NCBI GenBank assembly: GCA_977030845.1
Contig: OZ365110.1
Span: 21,266,001-21,330,000, forward strand
Source of the DNA: Fimbriosthenelais zetlandica
Lineage: Eukaryota
Length of the DNA: 64,000 bases
Reading direction: 5' to 3'
Part shown: positions 62,620 through 64,000 of the stretch, piece after piece
Layout: each line of letters begins with the position of its first letter
Numbering within the stretch: the stretch's first letter is position 1
Position numbers and translations under genes: made by a program
Notes under the pieces: model-generated
What the model was told of the DNA's origin: nothing
The model's input: only the letters and a program-made list of their open reading frames with translations
Databases searched by the model: none

Positions 62620-63090
62620 ATGAAGTACACGGTATCATCAACTACTTCTTCTCCAGTCAACAGGGAAAGGCATAATCTAGGAGAAATGAAATACCACGAA
62701 GTTCAGTCAAAAAGTCATGCACTGAATGTATATGATATTGGGATGAATCACGACATCACTTGGCAGAACTCCTCAGCCTCCTCGAATTTCTTCCAATACT
62801 CTTTTAACATATCGACCTCAAATGCGACAGAACTTTTACAAAACTCTACTGATGACTCTGGAGATTTCTATTATTATGATTATGAGGATTCCGTAAATAC
62901 TTTACCCTTGACGGAAATGGTGCCAGTTGCCATCGTTTATGGCTTGACTTTGCTGTTAGGGGTGATTGGGAATGCTTTAGTCATCTTCTCCATCGCTAGG
63001 TATCGCCGCATGCAAACAGTGACAAATACATTTCTTACGAGCCTTGCCTCAGCTGACCTGCTCCTTGTCATGCTGTGTGTCCCGATAAAG
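62620..63090 (+). CDS. First coding exon of a class A peptide GPCR (QRFP/CCK/galanin-like orphan); gene continues beyond the window
   Basis: N-glycosylated N-terminus, YYYDYED, TM1 VAIVYGLTLLLGVIGNALVI, RRMQTVTNTFLTSLASADLL (TM2), ends CVPIK at donor GTAAGA (63091). Confidence 0.88.
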
Positions 63091-63227
63091 GTAAGATTTA
63101 CATGTACTCTACCTGTCCTCTAAAATAACATGTTGCCCTTGGGATGGTGGCATAAAACAATGCCTGGGTTGACAATATGCATCTAACGGTGGTCTACACA
63201 TCAAATGTTCTGCAGGGTGTCAGTGCG

Positions 63228-63264
63228 GGAGGTTAATCCGGGAGGTTAATCCAGGAGGTCAATG
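63228..63264. repeat. Short tandem repeat, 13-bp unit GGAGGTTAATCC(G/A), ~2.8 copies
   Basis: Units at 63228, 63241, 63254. Confidence 0.75.
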
Positions 63265-63451
63265 TCCCAAACAGGCCCGAAATTTACAATTCTACCGATT
63301 AATGCTTAGAAACTAGCCATGTTTTCCATTGTCTATGGTGAGAGGCATGTCTAAAGCCTGGAATACACTAATCCGATTCTCCATCCGGATCCATCCGACA
63401 CTGTTCGAAATAAGTGTAAAAATATCTGTATGGGGCATATATTTACACTCA

Positions 63452-63700
63452 ATGGGTGTAAATGTGGCAGCGTAAAATTAGCGGTATATTTTTACACTTA
63501 TTGGGTGTCCTGGAGATTGCAGCGTTCTGCGACACACCGCAGAACGCTGCATGGGTGTAAATATGGCGGCGTAAAATCGGCTATGTATTTTTACCCTCTT
63601 TGGGTGTCCTGTGAAGCGCGGTGTTCTGTGGGGGGTCACAGAACGCTCAATGGGTGTAGATATGGCGGTGTTCTGCGGGTACGCCTCAGAACGCGGCCTT
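63452..63700. repeat. 99-bp tandem array (~2.5 units), each unit with a GC-rich hairpin
   Basis: ATGGGTGTA unit starts at 63452, 63551, 63650; hairpins at 63518-63551, 63621-63646, 63668-63694. Confidence 0.85.
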
Positions 63701-64000
63701 GGGGGTAAATTCACACCTTTACCAATGCCCTACCCTAGTGTTTTTTGTTAGATATCCCATAGGTGTATTTTTGCACCTCTACCATTAGGCCCTACACCTT
63801 CTTTATGGAAATGTCCAAACTCAATTATAACAAATTGTATACATGTAAGCATACATAACCCTCCAAGTATATATTATCCAAAACACTATAGATGAATTCC
63901 CTACAGTTGCTCAATAGCTCTGATGCAGTTGGGGTTTACCTCTAGATTAATTAAAATAATAATATAAAAACAAGTCACAAATTAAACTTTCCTGAAGTTA

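Noticed and set aside
63452-63700. CRISPR-like interpretation of the hairpin array
   Set aside because: Eukaryotic intron, whole 99-bp units are homologous (no unique spacers), no cas genes.

Overview
Animal (metazoan) genomic DNA, AT-rich with spliceosomal introns; the gene content suggests a lophotrochozoan invertebrate (inference). The first ~37 kb is gene-dense. In order: a partial membrane-protein ORF and decayed frame at the left edge; a 9-exon divergent tetraspanin (-); an 8-exon ~495-aa protein (-) with up to three tandem ubiquitin/SUMO-like folds inserted into a split domain and a C-terminal CaaX box; NOP2/NSUN1 (+, 17 coding exons, one an AT-AC U12 intron boundary); a ~1855-aa CUB-like/C-type-lectin/LDLa/LRR/7TM GRL101-type receptor with degenerate signalling motifs and a 370-bp tandem duplication of its 3' end; a convergent mGluR-like class C GPCR lacking the distal glutamate-binding residues; a secreted 2xVWA protein; and an intronless NPF/NPY receptor. 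A ~26-kb gene-poor tract with MITEs, palindromes and an orphan promoter with a dead first exon follows. The window ends with the first coding exon of another peptide GPCR, whose intron holds a 99-bp hairpin array. The tetraspanin and ubiquitin-fold genes are largely invisible in the ORF track and were rebuilt by hand from splice sites and phase. No database searches were run.
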